DNA from: Octopus vulgaris
Taxonomy: Eukaryota
NCBI GenBank assembly: GCA_951406725.2
Contig: OX597821.1
Coordinates: forward strand, 84,568,001-84,632,000
DNA length: 64,000 nt
Direction: 5' to 3'
Shown: piece by piece, positions 12,301-23,340 of the stretch
How positions within the stretch are numbered: position 1 is the stretch's first letter
Layout of the letters: every line of letters starts with the position of its first letter
The notes under the pieces: generated by a model
Told to the model about the DNA's origin: nothing
Seen by the model: only the letters and a program-made list of their open reading frames with translations
The model's database searches: none
Translations under genes and position numbers: made by a program

Positions 12301-15300
12301 GTTTTGTATCATGAAACCACAAGTGGTATCAGGTGGTTTGGTATAAAACGAATTGCACTCTTACAGTCAGTATTGCCAAAACTGCAATCAATGACAACAA
12401 CAATAACAACAACATCTAATTTCATACAAATAAAATGATAAATACATACCTCTTCAATAGCGTATTGACAGCTAACATCAGCAAAGATCAGCGTATCTTT
12501 ATGCTTCAGTTCATATCGCACCTCAGGGGTTAGGAAAAGCTGAAATAATAAAATAGGAGGAACATAAAGGAGGTACACATACTTCTGTATCCATGCCACA
12601 AATTATCATGATTATCAAGTTCCTCTAAACACACCCAGAAGAAGGCTGGTGGGAATAATGATGAAAATGGTGATGGTAAAGAAGATAACAAAGGAAAGCA
12701 GTTGACCAATATTTTAAACAGCAAAATCTCATCAATACACAAATCTATTGAGTTAACCAATAAAAAATACACGAAGTGACTTACAGTTCCTCTCCGAGAC
12801 TTATTGCGGCTGCTCATATCATAGAGTAAGTGGGAACGGCCTGCGACTTCTATACAAGCGTGTTTCTTGGACAGTGACTAGAATAAAAATTAATAGCGGA
12901 AATATAGACAAACCTGACAACACTGTTTTATTTAATATTTTTTTTTATGCAAAAAGTTGATAATTTATTTCAAGTATGGGAAATCTAGTTGTGTATGTTA
13001 TCAAAGAAATGACTAAATGAAGGAAATGATAGCGGAATAAGTTTGGTGTTGGAACTAAATGACATGTGATGGTGCATAGCAATGGATATATGGTGCACAG
13101 CGTCATGTTGTGATTGTGAAAGTGATGACACAGTGGTTAATGTATTTGGCTCATGATAATAAGGTTGTGAGTTTGATTCCCAGTGGAGATCTGTGTCCTC
13201 AAACAAGACATTTTGTTTCATGTCATTCCAGTCTATTCAGTTAGTAAAAATGAGCTGCACTTGTAGTGCAGTGAGCCAGCCTCGTCACATTTGGCACATC
13301 ATGCTGAATCTCCCTGAGAACCACGTTAATGGTATGCCTGTCTGTGGAGTTGGCCATATCAACTGGAACACTTGTCATCATTACTAACAGAGAGCCAGGT
13401 CAGTGGTCAGTGTAGCAACTGAATGCTGCAAGTGTGGTATCGTAGTGCATTGAAACGGAACATAGTGCAATGACAGCATGCCACAAGAATTGAACTCACG
13501 ATTTTATGATCATTCCACGTAAAAAGCATACCATCCACACTGTAAAGTGGTTGGCATTTGGAAGGGCATCCTTACTTGTACTTGTGACAGTGTTCACCCA
13601 GGGTGTGTTGAGCCGGCTTCTTCTCTGGTCCTGATGGAATCACGAACCATGGCGACCCACGCTCGACGGTCCTGTGCGAGGTCACTGGAGATAACGAGCC
13701 ATTCGCGGTTCCATCTGCGTAGACCAAACACCTGCAGACCTGAGAGTTCAGAGAGGTCCTCCTTTATCATCGTTGCCCAGGTCTTCAGCTGCCTGCCCGT
13801 GCGTTTGCACCAGTTGGGAAGTGGAGGTGGGAGGAGGACATCACGAATCAGCTCACCCTCTGGACACTGGCCTGCATGACTGGACCACCTTAAGCGCTGT
13901 TGTAAAAATCCAGCCAAAATCGTCCTTGCCTGTGCAGCTTGGATGGTTTGACAGAAGCTGGTGAGTCAGAGGACTGCACAAAACTTTTACGTATACTTTG
14001 GTATGGTTCTATGACTTGATTTCTTTCCTAATGCTAATCACTTTACAGAGTGTACTGGGAGCTTTTACATGGCACTGTCAAGATCCTCGCAACTGAGTGA
14101 GGGAGAATAATATTGAGGGAGGTTTTATGGTAGGTGATAAGAGGCTAAAAGTATGATAGAGGGACAAGAACAGATGCCTTGCAGTAGGGAGATATATTGT
14201 TACTTCAGTTGGGGAAAAAAAATGAAGAGGGTGGTGGTGGTGGTGGTGGTGGTGAAGATGTGTCAAGACACCCTCAAATCATAAGAAGGTGAATGTAAGA
14301 GAAATAGTATGGGTGGTAAAGTAAATTCATGGGAGTGTGAAGGAGGGTGGTAAATGAAGAGGAATGGAGACAAGAGAAATGCAGTTATTAACATGTCAGA
14401 AGTCATAATGTTGAATGGAATTAAAACAAGGGTGATGAGGAAACTGAAAACTGTATAATATGAAAGAAGAGAAGGCAAGCATCATCATCATTTAACATTA
14501 ATTTGCCATACTGGCATGGGTTGGATGGTTTGACTGAAAACTGATAAGCTGGGGAGCTGCACCAGGTTCCAGTTTCCTGGTTTCTACAGCTGGATGCCCT
14601 TCCTAATGCCAACCACTCCGAGAGTGTAGTGGGTGTCTTTTACATGTCACTACGAAACACCAGCATCTGCCATGACTACAATTTCACTTAGCTTGATGGG
14701 TCTTCTTCTCAAGCACAGTATATTGCCAAAGGTCTTCGTCACTTGACACTGCCTCCGTGAGGTCCGAAGTTCGAATGGTGCTTTTACGAGCCACCAACAT
14801 GGGTGCCAGTGACATAACACTGGCATTGGCCAAAACCACAATTTCATTTGGCTTGACAGGTCGTCTTCTGGAATCAGCAACTGTGATGCTAAATGTCTGT
14901 ATTAATGATTATCTCAAAAAAAAAAAAAGATTTTTATTACAGCAAATATCCTTCTTACTACTCACACTGGATTCTATTTTGGTAGATGCAGGCAAAGTGA
15001 AACAAGCAGAGAAATGAGTCTTTGTGTAGAGGCCCAACACAACACCTGTATGAAAATTTGAACTCATGACTACATGGTTGGTAGTCAACACTTCAAATTC
15101 ACAGGAATTATGCCTCATTGTAGATGCTTTTGACCTTCTGATGAGCTAAATTCCATAAACATCTTTTGAAAAGTTGATTTTGATTCTATATAATAATAAT
15201 AATGAAACTATTGTATACAGTGCTCAGGTGCACCACAACTTGTCAGAAAGTGCATATAAAGTATATGCAGTAATGTACAAATGTCTGGAAAGTGAACAGT

Positions 15301-16581
15301 GTATGAGTCAGATACATGCTTGTGTGTGTATGGAGGGGAGAAAATCAGGTGTAGTGTTGGTGAATCTCAGGAGGCATAGAAGTTTTGAAGGATGCAGTGC
15401 TCCAACAACTAACAACTGAAGCCGGCAGTTTGTTCCATGCTTCAGCAACTCTTAGCGTGAAAAAATTACATGGATAAATATTGGAATGTTGTATTTCTAC
15501 ATCACCCCCCACCCCGAGTATTATTACAGTGAATGAAAACATTTTCAATGAAGAAACAAGACAGGTGAGAGAGAAAAAAAAAAGACAAATCAAACCATTA
15601 AGACAATTGAAATGTATGCATATATGCGCAGCGCTATGCGTGTGGCATGTTTTCTACGGCCGAATGCCTTTCCTGACGCCAACCCCCACCTGTTGCCAAG
15701 CGAGGTAGAGATATAATACTTTAAATGAAAACTGTTTTACCTTAACTGGAATGCAGACTTCACAGGAATGTTCATGTCGGCCAATAATGTTCTTTCCTAG
15801 AAATTTCCAGAATCAAATACAAAGAATTAGTAAAAGAAAAATTTTTTAAATTAAAATGAATTCTCTACAAACAATTTGTAGTAAAAGTTGTTGTTTAGTC
15901 TCATGTTAGCCCAGATTAAGCAGATGTATGATCAAAGGTATTCCAGCAGTGACCATCATGTCTTTATCCTAGGCACAGTGAACCCACAACCATATTTCTT
16001 CATGTGGATTTCTTTCCTAACATAGTAGGGAATAATTTGAGAGAAATCTGGCTGGTGTTTCTAGTAGGTTGAGTCACCATACTGAGGCTCATCTATCAAT
16101 GAGTTTACTCAATAGATTCAATTATCTGAATTTGTCATGTATGTATTGTGCTAACCGTCACATGCACTATACATACATACATATACATATATATATATAG
16201 GAGGCGCAATGGCCCAGTGGTTAGGGCAGCGGACTCGTGGTCATAGGATCGCGGTTTCGATTCCCAGACCGGGCATTGTGAGTGTTTATTGAGCGAAAAC
16301 ACCTAAAGCTCCACGAGGCTCCGGCAGGGGATGGTGGTGATCCCTGCTGTACTCTTTCACCACAACTTTCTCTCACTCTTACTTCCTGTTTCTGTTGTAC
16401 CTGTATTTCAAAAGGGCCGGCCTTGTCACTCTCTGTGTCACGCTGAATATCCCCGAGAACTACGTTAAGGGTACACGTGTCTGTGGAGTGCTCAGCCACT
16501 TACACGTTAATTTCACGAGCAGGCTGTTCCGTTGATTCGGATCAACCGGAACCCTCGTCGTCGTAACCGATGGAGTGCTTC

Positions 16582-16628
<47 letters not shown>

Positions 16629-19600
16629 AGTAACATCAGTGCGCCTGGCAAACCGTGATGTTTAAGCTGCATGCAGATTGGTTAAAACCTTATTCAAAAA
16701 ATTCAGCTTGTCGGAGCCTTCAAAAAGGTATAAAAAGGAAGAAGTCAGTCATTTAACTACAGTTGTCAAGCAATCAACTCAGCTGTCAGTTAATAAATTT
16801 TGAAATCTGATGATTACTACAAACGTATGAAAGCGCTAATTGAACTTTATGAATATTACAAAATATTTTTTTAATGTTTAACACACTTCAACATTGGAAA
16901 AAATTTCTTTTTTCAAATACAATAATAAAAAAACGTGAAAACCAGAGCATGTAACTTTATTTAACTGATATATATATATATACATACACAAGCAGTATAA
17001 TAATACTATTACAATTACTATCTTAATTGGCTTATGTTACAAACTGACTCAAAGGTTGTGAATTTCATGAATGCCACTTATACACACAGACACATATGTA
17101 TATATATATACACACATATGTATGTATATACCATATTTTCTAACATACAAGTCAAACTTTTCAGACCAAAATTTATAGCTAAAAGAAAAAGGTAAAATGA
17201 CTTTGGAGGACCAAAGATTCCATGTGAAATGCAGCAGGATTTGGAAAGATAGTGACAATGTTTGAATGTTTACTTTATATGTTTACACTATATGCTATGT
17301 CGACTTGTATGCTAGAAAATACAGTACATGACAATCCTAAAAAGAAAGGAAAAGAGTGGAATATATATAGAGGGGAGAAACCAAAAGTAAGAAGTTTATC
17401 AATGTTCTGCTACGAGAGGCTCAAAGGTGTGAAGTGTTCAGAATTCCAAAGTGATATAAAATGGAAGCAAAACTTAGAATCAAAATGTCTAAAAGTAAAC
17501 TGAACAAAGACAAAAATATTTATTTAGCAGCACAGAGCACAGAACCATACTACCATCTGTAAAGATGCCCTGTTTGATATGCAGCAAAGGGGACCTAGGA
17601 GTTCAAATCTGTGAATATAGTGTAAACTATGAGTGCACAACAGGTGTAGTGGGCTCACAGGTAGACTGACAAAGAACTTCAATGTAGATGTACAGAAGTA
17701 AGAGCATTCTTTCAAATGTCTGGAAGGTTCCTTAGAAGTAGTCAACAGCTTCTGCTACCTCAGTGATTTAATCTCCACTGCAGTAGATAGGTGTTCAAAA
17801 AGCTTAGTAACCAGAGTTAGAACATGGTGGAAAATGTTCAGGTAGCTATTACCTTTGTTAGTAACAAAAGTTTCTCTGTCCAAGTGAGGGGCAGACTGTA
17901 CAAGGCCTGTAGTCAAAGTGAAATGTTACATGGTAGAAAACTTAAGCACTGGATGTAGAGGATGTATGAAGGCAGCAAAGAAATGAAGCAAGTATGCACC
18001 ACCGATGTGTAATATTAGTGTGCACGATCGTCGTCATCATCATCGTTTAACATCTGTTTTCCATGCTAGCATGGGTTGGACGGTTCAAAGGGGTCTGGGA
18101 AGCCAGGAGGCTGCACCAGGCTCCAATCTGATCTAGCAGTGTTTCTACAGCTGGATGCCCTTCCTAACGCCAACCAGTCTGTGAGTGCAGTGGGTGCTTT
18201 TTACGTGCCACCGGCATGGAAGCCAGTCAAGGCGGCGCTGGCATCGGCCACGTTTGGATGGTGCTTTTTATGTGCCACCAGTACAGGTATCACAACTAAA
18301 ATTTCCATTTGATTTTTTATTTTGATGTTGATGTACTTGACTCAGTAGGTCGCCCTACGATCCAAGGTAAGCACAGCAGGCCGTTCTGCGATCCAAGGTT
18401 CTTTGGATGGGCTGGGGCTGCTATGTGAAATTGGTATAAAAGAAATCAGCAGTTATGTGCAACAGAGAAAACTGAGTGGTATGAATATGTGATGCATACA
18501 GAAGGTGACAGTTGAGTAAAGTAGTGGGAAGCAATTCTGCAGGGAAGGAAACTGAAGAAGACATGGAAAAAACATGATGAAAGTTGGCCATAAGATCTGA
18601 ATCTCATGAAGGTGATGACAATGTCACGTTTGAAACTATTTTCTGTTGAGAAATGTCAAGTTTATTGAGGTAACATGACTTGCATAAAATACCAAGTCTA
18701 TTTATTTTTGGTTAGATATCTAATATCATTACTGGAATAACCTGAGAAATTTAATTTTACAGCTAAAAGACTGAACTTTGAAGATTGGGATGAGGTGTGA
18801 TGAATGTATAATGATATCTAAGAAGCAGCAGGGACAAAATTTACAAAAAAAAAAAAAGAAGAAGTAAAAGGTAAACAATAAAACAAATATCTAGAGAAAC
18901 TTTACCTCTGAAAATAGGAAACGTTTTATTTTTCAAAGTTTGATGATTCAGGATTGTCAGATGTGCCACCTGAAAAAGGGCAAAGGTAAGTGTATGAAGA
19001 ACATAGTCATATAAACAAGAACTACCACCTAAATTAGTAAATTCTGTAAATGAACGTATTAGATAATCCTTAAATTTACCTGTTGAGGCAAATACATCTT
19101 TTCTATCGTAATCTTGGAGCATTTAATGCATTTCCTGAATGGAATTACAGTCTTTATGCATTTTTCATAAAAAAGAAGTTTTTCTAATCAGGCTCCGGTT
19201 CCCAAAAGTCATCATTGGTGTTATTTAAATTTCTGTTGCATTTTTTGAACAACAGTATCATTAATCACAGTTTCATGGCATTTATGACAATAAAGGTCAC
19301 AAAGGCGTAGGAGTGGCTGTGTGGTAAGTAGCTTGCTTACGAACCACATGGTTCCGGGTTCAGTCCCACTGCGTGGCACCTTGGGCAAGTGCCTTCTATT
19401 ATAGCTTCGGGCCAACCAAAGCCTTGAGTGGATTTGGTAGACGGAAACTGAAAGAAGCCTGTCGTATATATGTATGTGTGTGTGTATATGTCTGTGTTTG
19501 CCCCCCCCCCCCATCGCTTGACAACGAATGCTGGTGTGTCTACATCCCCGTAACTTAGCGGTTTGGCAAAAGAGACCAATAGAATAAGTACTAGGCTTAC

Positions 19601-20518
19601 AAGGAATAAGTCCTGGGGTCGATTTGCTTGACTACAAGCGGTGCTCCAGCATGGCCGCTGTTAAATGACTGAAACAAGCAAAAGAGTAAAGGAGCATCTG
19701 TGCAACAAGGTCAGAACTAATACCACAAAGTATCTTTGTTTGAAAGTAGTTTATTGATTCCCTTGACGATGTTTTACATCTTACATAACTCACACACACA
19801 CATGCAGTTTCTCTCTACCGAATTTCACACACAAGGCATTAGTTAGCCTGAGGTTAGGACAGAGGATACCCAAGGCAAAACACTGTAGGATTGAACCTTG
19901 AAACATGAGGTTACAAAATGACCTTTCTTTCTCTTGTCCAATATTTTGAATCCGAGTTTGTCCCCGTTAACTGGGGTGGCTGGATCTACTTCACTCCTAC
20001 AGCAACTGCTCTCACACCATCTTGCCCAGTTCTGAGCATCCTCCCTCCTCAAGCCAACCCTCCCAATCTCCTCCTCCACCTGTCCCCCTTGGCCAACCTC
20101 TCTTTCAAGGTTCATTCACTCTAAACTCAAGCACTTTCCTCAGAACATGATCCTCATCCCTCCCCAACACATGTCCATACCACTGCACACCATTCGCCCT
20201 TGCCAGCTGTTCCACTGATTCCTTTAACTCCAGCACCCCCAAGTTTTCAGCCCTCCTTTTATCCAATAGTTTCACATCTCACATTGCTCTCTTGGTCCTC
20301 AAAATTGCCATCCCTTTCTCCCTCAGACACCACATCTCACTCTTATCAATAATAAATATTTGCCAAATACTGTACTGTAAGGACTCAGTTTATTTAACTC
20401 CTCATAATATTCTACAGGTCTCAAGAGAAAACTGTCAATTACTAACCGGAAGTTTAATTTTCTCAGCATCATCTTCTACATCACTGAAAGTGATAGCTTG
20501 TGTAATGTCCAGGTCCAT
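243..20518 (-). CDS. MDC1: MDC1-like FHA-domain DNA damage checkpoint mediator, 5' part (9 coding exons in window; gene continues past the left edge)
   Basis: Manually spliced exons 20518-20447, 18969-18906, 15796-15741, 12877-12785, 12539-12450, 10356-10189, 7087-7021, 3545-3462 and 326-243. All have AG acceptors, GT donors (last one GC) and consistent phases. Product: MDLDITQAITFSDVEDDAEKIKLPVAHLTILNHQTLKNKTFPIFRGKNIIGRHEHSCEVCIPVKSLSKKHACIEVAGRSHLLYDMSSRNKSRRGTLFLTPEVRYELKHKDTLIFADVSCQYAIEEIARASDSGSDTESM...ILLPTQDFPVH...AATQAYVADSDDDDD. FHA motifs GR, SxxH and N are present, and the LIFADxxCQY end, N-terminal TQ, SDTE and TQxF match MDC1 architecture. Confidence 0.8.
467..512 (-). ncRNA. 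Hammerhead ribozyme motif, mirror copy (degenerate)
   Basis: Reverse complement reads GACAC-CTGATGA-A-GGCTG-gagggtatac-CAGCT-GAAAT-GTT-GTTTT. Confidence 0.55.
774..819 (+). ncRNA. Minimal type I hammerhead ribozyme motif
   Basis: GACAC-CTGATGA-A-AGCTG-gagggtatat-CAGCT-GAAAC-GTC-ATGTT; core at 779-785 and 807-811, GUC triplet 812-814. Confidence 0.7.
1120..1585. repeat. 46-bp minisatellite (~10 copies; homogeneous core, degenerate edges)
   Basis: Unit gtggacgtcattaggatgttggcc(t/g)accagacaatgatagtcacaa starting at 1255, 1301, 1347, 1393, 1439, 1485. Confidence 0.95.
1800..2148 (-). mobile_element. SINE family B (tRNA-like head ggcgcaggagtggctgtgtggtaag..., tail gactgaaacaagtaaaagag)
   Basis: Diverged copy of the repeat at 3882-4270. 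Confidence 0.75.
3462..3545 (-). CDS. MDC1: MDC1-like coding exon 8 (EVLAVDSSPENQGESSYLKDRIFFQNN)
   Basis: ttgttatttcag acceptor, G|gtatat donor; 84 nt, phase 1 to 1. Confidence 0.65.
3882..4270 (+). mobile_element. SINE family B
   Basis: A/B-box-like head (GGTTCAGTCCC), internal (TA)/(TG) microsatellite, taaaagag tail; more than 10 copies in window. Confidence 0.85.
5015..5232. mobile_element. piggyBac-like MITE
   Basis: TIR cctttagcatt ... aatgctaaaggg followed by TTAA; left TTAA is degenerate. Confidence 0.55.
6005..6450 (-). mobile_element. RTE-clade LINE, 5'-truncated 3' end
   Basis: ORF 6015..6545 contains ILLYGSETW...RRVQFAGH...DREVWR, typical of the RTE ORF C-terminus; (GAT)n tail; flanked by cacaactatca repeat (candidate TSD). 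Confidence 0.85.
7021..7087 (-). CDS. MDC1: MDC1-like coding exon 7 (DFPVHELTKRSSQGLADMSPEK)
   Basis: ttttcattgctgcag acceptor, AAG|gtaagg donor; 67 nt, phase 0 to 1; completes TQ|DF. Confidence 0.75.
7470..7853 (-). mobile_element. SINE family A (tRNA-derived, OR-like head ggaggcgcaatggcccagtgg)
   Basis: A-box TGGCCCAGTGG, B-box GTTTCGATTCC; TSD ctgcagtt. Confidence 0.85.
8032..8262 (+). mobile_element. SINE family C (ggcgagctggcagaatcgttagc...)
   Basis: B-box GAGTTCAAATTCC; 16-bp TSD agtatatatgtgactg; many copies in window. Confidence 0.85.
9615..9963 (-). mobile_element. SINE family B
   Basis: Homologous to 3882-4270, inverted. Confidence 0.75.
10189..10356 (-). CDS. MDC1: MDC1-like coding exon 6 (acidic, Ser-rich; SDTE motif; ends PTQ)
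   Basis: poly-T ccag acceptor, CAG|gtagtg donor; 168 nt open frame IARASDSGSDTESMSDLED...ILLPTQ. Confidence 0.85.
10512..10923. mobile_element. MITE with ~30-bp TIRs (GGATCTTTTCGGTTTGA...) and 8-bp TSD; Merlin- or Mutator-like
   Basis: TIRs at both ends, TSD AGCAAATG (10504-10511 and 10924-10931); partial second copy from ~41713. Confidence 0.8.
11134..11418. mobile_element. Degenerate non-autonomous hAT MITE (same family as 58205-58551)
   Basis: ttcccaacc...ggttgagaacc termini and shared internal sequence. Confidence 0.6.
11790..12280 (-). mobile_element. RTE/BovB-like LINE 3' fragment (pseudogenised)
   Basis: Minus-strand translation RRMRWLGHVSRMKDGRIPKDILYGELARGTRSVGRPFLRYKDVCKRDMKA* and C-terminal CxxC...HxxxC motif (YICGTCQGECLSRIGLHSHSRKC). 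Confidence 0.85.
12450..12539 (-). CDS. MDC1: MDC1-like coding exon 5 (LFLTPEVRYELKHKDTLIFADVSCQYAIEE), FHA end
   Basis: tatttcag acceptor, GAG|gtatgt donor; 90 nt. Confidence 0.88.
12785..12877 (-). CDS. MDC1: MDC1-like coding exon 4 (SLSKKHACIEVAGRSHLLYDMSSRNKSRRGT)
   Basis: ttattctag acceptor, ACT|gtaagt donor; 93 nt; FHA SxxH and SxN motifs. Confidence 0.88.
13572..13900 (-). mobile_element. RTE-clade LINE 3' fragment inserted in another repeat
   Basis: ORF 13594..13917 has RLRW..H, KTW...IKEDL and LAQDRRAW motifs; caagta tandem tail. Confidence 0.8.
15190..15475 (-). mobile_element. CR1/L2-like LINE 3' end or derived SINE
   Basis: NFFTLRVAEAWNKLPASVV...FK motif typical of CR1-group ORF2 ends; (ATT)n tail. 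Confidence 0.65.
15741..15796 (-). CDS. MDC1: MDC1-like coding exon 3 (KNIIGRHEHSCEVCIPVK)
   Basis: tttctag acceptor, AAG|gtaaaa donor; 56 nt, phase 1 to 0; carries the FHA GR motif. Confidence 0.85.
16200..16583 (+). mobile_element. SINE family A
   Basis: Full-length copy lying between (TA)n tracts. Confidence 0.9.
17480..18030 (+). mobile_element. Degraded RTE-like reverse transcriptase fragment
   Basis: Broken frames reading SLEVVNSFCYL..LIST and RVRTWWKMFR*LLPLL. Confidence 0.55.
18906..18969 (-). CDS. MDC1: MDC1-like coding exon 2 (VAHLTILNHQTLKNKTFPIFR-G), FHA start
   Basis: ctttttcag acceptor, AG|gtaaag donor; 64 nt, phase 0 to 1. Confidence 0.85.
19304..19690 (+). mobile_element. 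SINE family B
   Basis: Full-length copy. Confidence 0.85.
19940..20340 (-). mobile_element. Degraded RTE-like LINE 3' fragment
   Basis: Remnant W.GHV...RGR..W...VEEE...GLRREDAQNWARW pattern. Confidence 0.55.
20447..20518 (-). CDS. MDC1: MDC1-like coding exon 1 (MDLDITQAITFSDVEDDAEKIKLP)
   Basis: Acceptor ttttccag (exon starts 20532), ATG at 20518, donor CCG|gttagt; 72 coding nt, phase 0. Resembles the vertebrate MDC1 N-terminus MEDTQAI. Confidence 0.8.
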
Positions 20519-23193
20519 TTTGAAGCTATTTTCTGGAAAAATAAAAACAATTAATGCACAAAGATATCAAATCACTCAAATGAATAACTAAAAGAAAGCA
20601 AAATTCTTGCTCCAAAAGTACATTCCGAAATAACAAAACTTTGGAGTCTGGTGCAGCCATCTGGTTCACCAGTCCTCAGTCAAATCGTCCAACCCATGAT
20701 AGCATGGAAAGCAGACGTTGATGATGATGATATTAAAGTCTTCTGAAAAATCAGAAAGAGAAACCAAGGCTGTAAGAAATACCAAAACGAGCCTCGATAC
20801 TTCCTATTAATTTGCAAAAGTTTATCCATAGTATATTAAAGAATAGAGTCAGTGTTTCAAGAAGGTGTGAAGGTATGTGGTCTGGTGGTTAGAGCGTTAC
20901 ACTCACAATTGTAAGGTCACACTTTCAATTCCTGGAACAGGTGGTGTGTTGTGTTCTCAAACAAAACATTTCATTTCATGTTGCTCCAGTCCACTTAGCC
21001 ATAAATGATTTCCAGCAAAAGATGGTAAGTTAACCCCATGAAGGACCAGCGTCCCATTCAGCAGGGAGTGTTGTAATCTTAGTCACTTATACACCATGGA
21101 AACTAGGTGAAGGCCTGTCCTCACGATCGTAAGATTGTGGTTTCGATTTTTGAACCAGGTAATGCATTGTGACCTTGAGCAAAACACTTCATTTCATGCT
21201 GCTACAGCTCACTCAGTTGGCAAAAATGAGTAATCCTGTTACAGACTGGCATCCGATTCAAGTGGGGAATATATAGGCCATGAAATTGGGAAACCAGCCC
21301 TTATAAATCAGTATGATTCAAGAAGGTAACTAATTCTAATGAAATACTGGTTTTAAATTTTGGCATAAGTCCGGCAAATTTTGGGGGAGAGGGTAAGTCG
21401 ATTACATTGACCCCCAATACTTAACTGGTACTTATTTTATCAACCCCAAAAGGATGAAAGGCAAAGTCGACCTCAATGGCATTTGAATTCAGAGGTCAAC
21501 TTTGCTTTTATCCTTTCAGGGTTGATAAAGTGAAATAAGGGTTTCACATCCTTGCTCAGACTGTATCATCATCATTCTCATTTTAATGACCATTTTTCCA
21601 TGCTTGTATGGATTAGATGCATTTCAATAAGGCAGATTTTTAAGGTTGGACACCCTTCCTGTCACTAACCCCACACTAGTCATGTTCCTTTTTGAATAAG
21701 AGAACAAAACAAACATAGCCTAGACAACTTCACCCATAGGGGAATAATTCCGTCTTTCATCTTCCTTTGAACCCTGCAAATATTTTTTACTAAATTTCGT
21801 TACACTCATATTTGTCATCACAAAACCAAATTAGAGTTTATGTGTCTCCAGTATTAAAGAGACTATGAACTTCTGACCAGCACATCCGAAGAGTCATCAA
21901 TACTGTCGAGCGAGTAACATTCAGACCAGTTATATACCATAACCAGTAATATAGCGTTTGATGATATATATGCATACATTATTACAATTTAAGATAGTTT
22001 GATGCGGCTCAATGTGACTTAAAGTTTTGCAGGCTTCTTACAGAAACCTAGCACATTCAGACTCAGATACTGTTTGCAGGCATGCAAGGTATGGGGTGAT
22101 GAAATTTGGCTGTTATTTCTAGCAGACCAGGCGATCAAATAGAGGTCCCTTGTTTGTAGAATGACATGCCAAATGATAACAGGATATTCGCTACAGAACT
22201 TAAAATGATGCAGTATGATCCAGTAGGTTTTACTATCATAATCCTTTCTGCTATAGGCACAAGGCCTGAAATTATGGGAAAGTGGTTAAATCGATTACAT
22301 CGACCCCCAACGCTCAACTGGTTATTATTTTACGGACCCCGAAAGGACGAAAGGAAATGAAAATCAACCTCGGTGGAATTCGAACTCCGAGAGTAAAAAC
22401 AGAAGTGCCGCCAAGTATTGTGTCCGGCGTGCTAACGATTTTGCCAGCTCGACAGCTTTGCATTCTATACCCAAAATCCTTAACAAATAATCGTTACTTA
22501 CAGGAATAGTACGAATTGTCTGGATGGATTTTGTCACGTTTGATTCAGGAAAATAAACAAACGAAGCTCAGGGCTTTCTCTCCATCCTCTTTAGATTGGA
22601 AACTCATTTAGAGATAATTGGGATTATTTTTCCGAGAATTTCTTTCGCTTTTGGTATATGCACCAACCACTTTCATCGATCAGAACTGACCGAGGCGTAA
22701 AGAACAACTATTTATGAAAATAACGGACACTGTATTCATAAAACATGAAATTGCGTCATTTATATATTTGTATGGAGTTTCTCTTTACACTTCGATATGA
22801 TGTAACACCAAATCGTTAAGGACGTAAAACACTACATAATGTCTATCTTACAAACATACACACACATATATATATTCACACACGCATATATATTGTTTTT
22901 ATAACACTTTCTATAATTTTAAATAAGAAAATTATACATATTGGACTGGGTACATGGATCAATTATCGATATTTATTAAGAGACAGGAGGCAATTTAAAT
23001 CGATTATACTCATCCATCACTCACACTGTGAGGCTTCGTGCTTACGTTAGAAATCAATATTTATTGTGAATCTTTTAAAACATGAGAGGAATTTTTAGTT
23101 TTAGGGTAATTTTTCAAAATAAACGGAAGACTATACACGAAAGTTTGTACACAGATATACATATACATACACACACACACACATATATATACA

Positions 23194-23224
<31 letters not shown>

Positions 23225-23267
23225 TTTAAATAGACAGCTTTTAAGAAGGATAAGGCAATAAACTTAC

Positions 23268-23340
23268 CTTTATTCAAATCCCTGTAAACTTGTAAACTGC
23301 GTCATTTACTTTCTCGACTCCCGCGCATTTCAAACGGTGC
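23268..23340 (-). other. MDC1: Probable non-coding first exon (5' UTR) of the MDC1-like gene; 5' limit uncertain
   Basis: Perfect donor AAG|gtaagt at 23268/23267 in a locally CpG-containing stretch. Coding exon 1 has an acceptor 14 nt before its ATG, so an upstream exon is required. Confidence 0.55.
23318..23338. promoter_or_regulatory. E2F/CDE - 4 nt - CHR (TTCAAA) composite, DREAM/MuvB-type cell-cycle element
   Basis: CTCCCGC-gcat-TTCAAA at 23318-23334, at the inferred start of a DNA-repair gene. Confidence 0.4.

Noticed and set aside
16200-16275. SINE heads as genuine tRNA genes
   Set aside because: They continue into shared SINE bodies with TSDs and lack a proper acceptor stem.
19080-19134. 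Exon-like segment (cattcag ... CAG|gtaaat) between MDC1-like coding exons 1 and 2
   Set aside because: In the required phase 0 it reads GAA ATG CAT TAA, and the flanking exons already join cleanly. At most a cryptic or poison exon.
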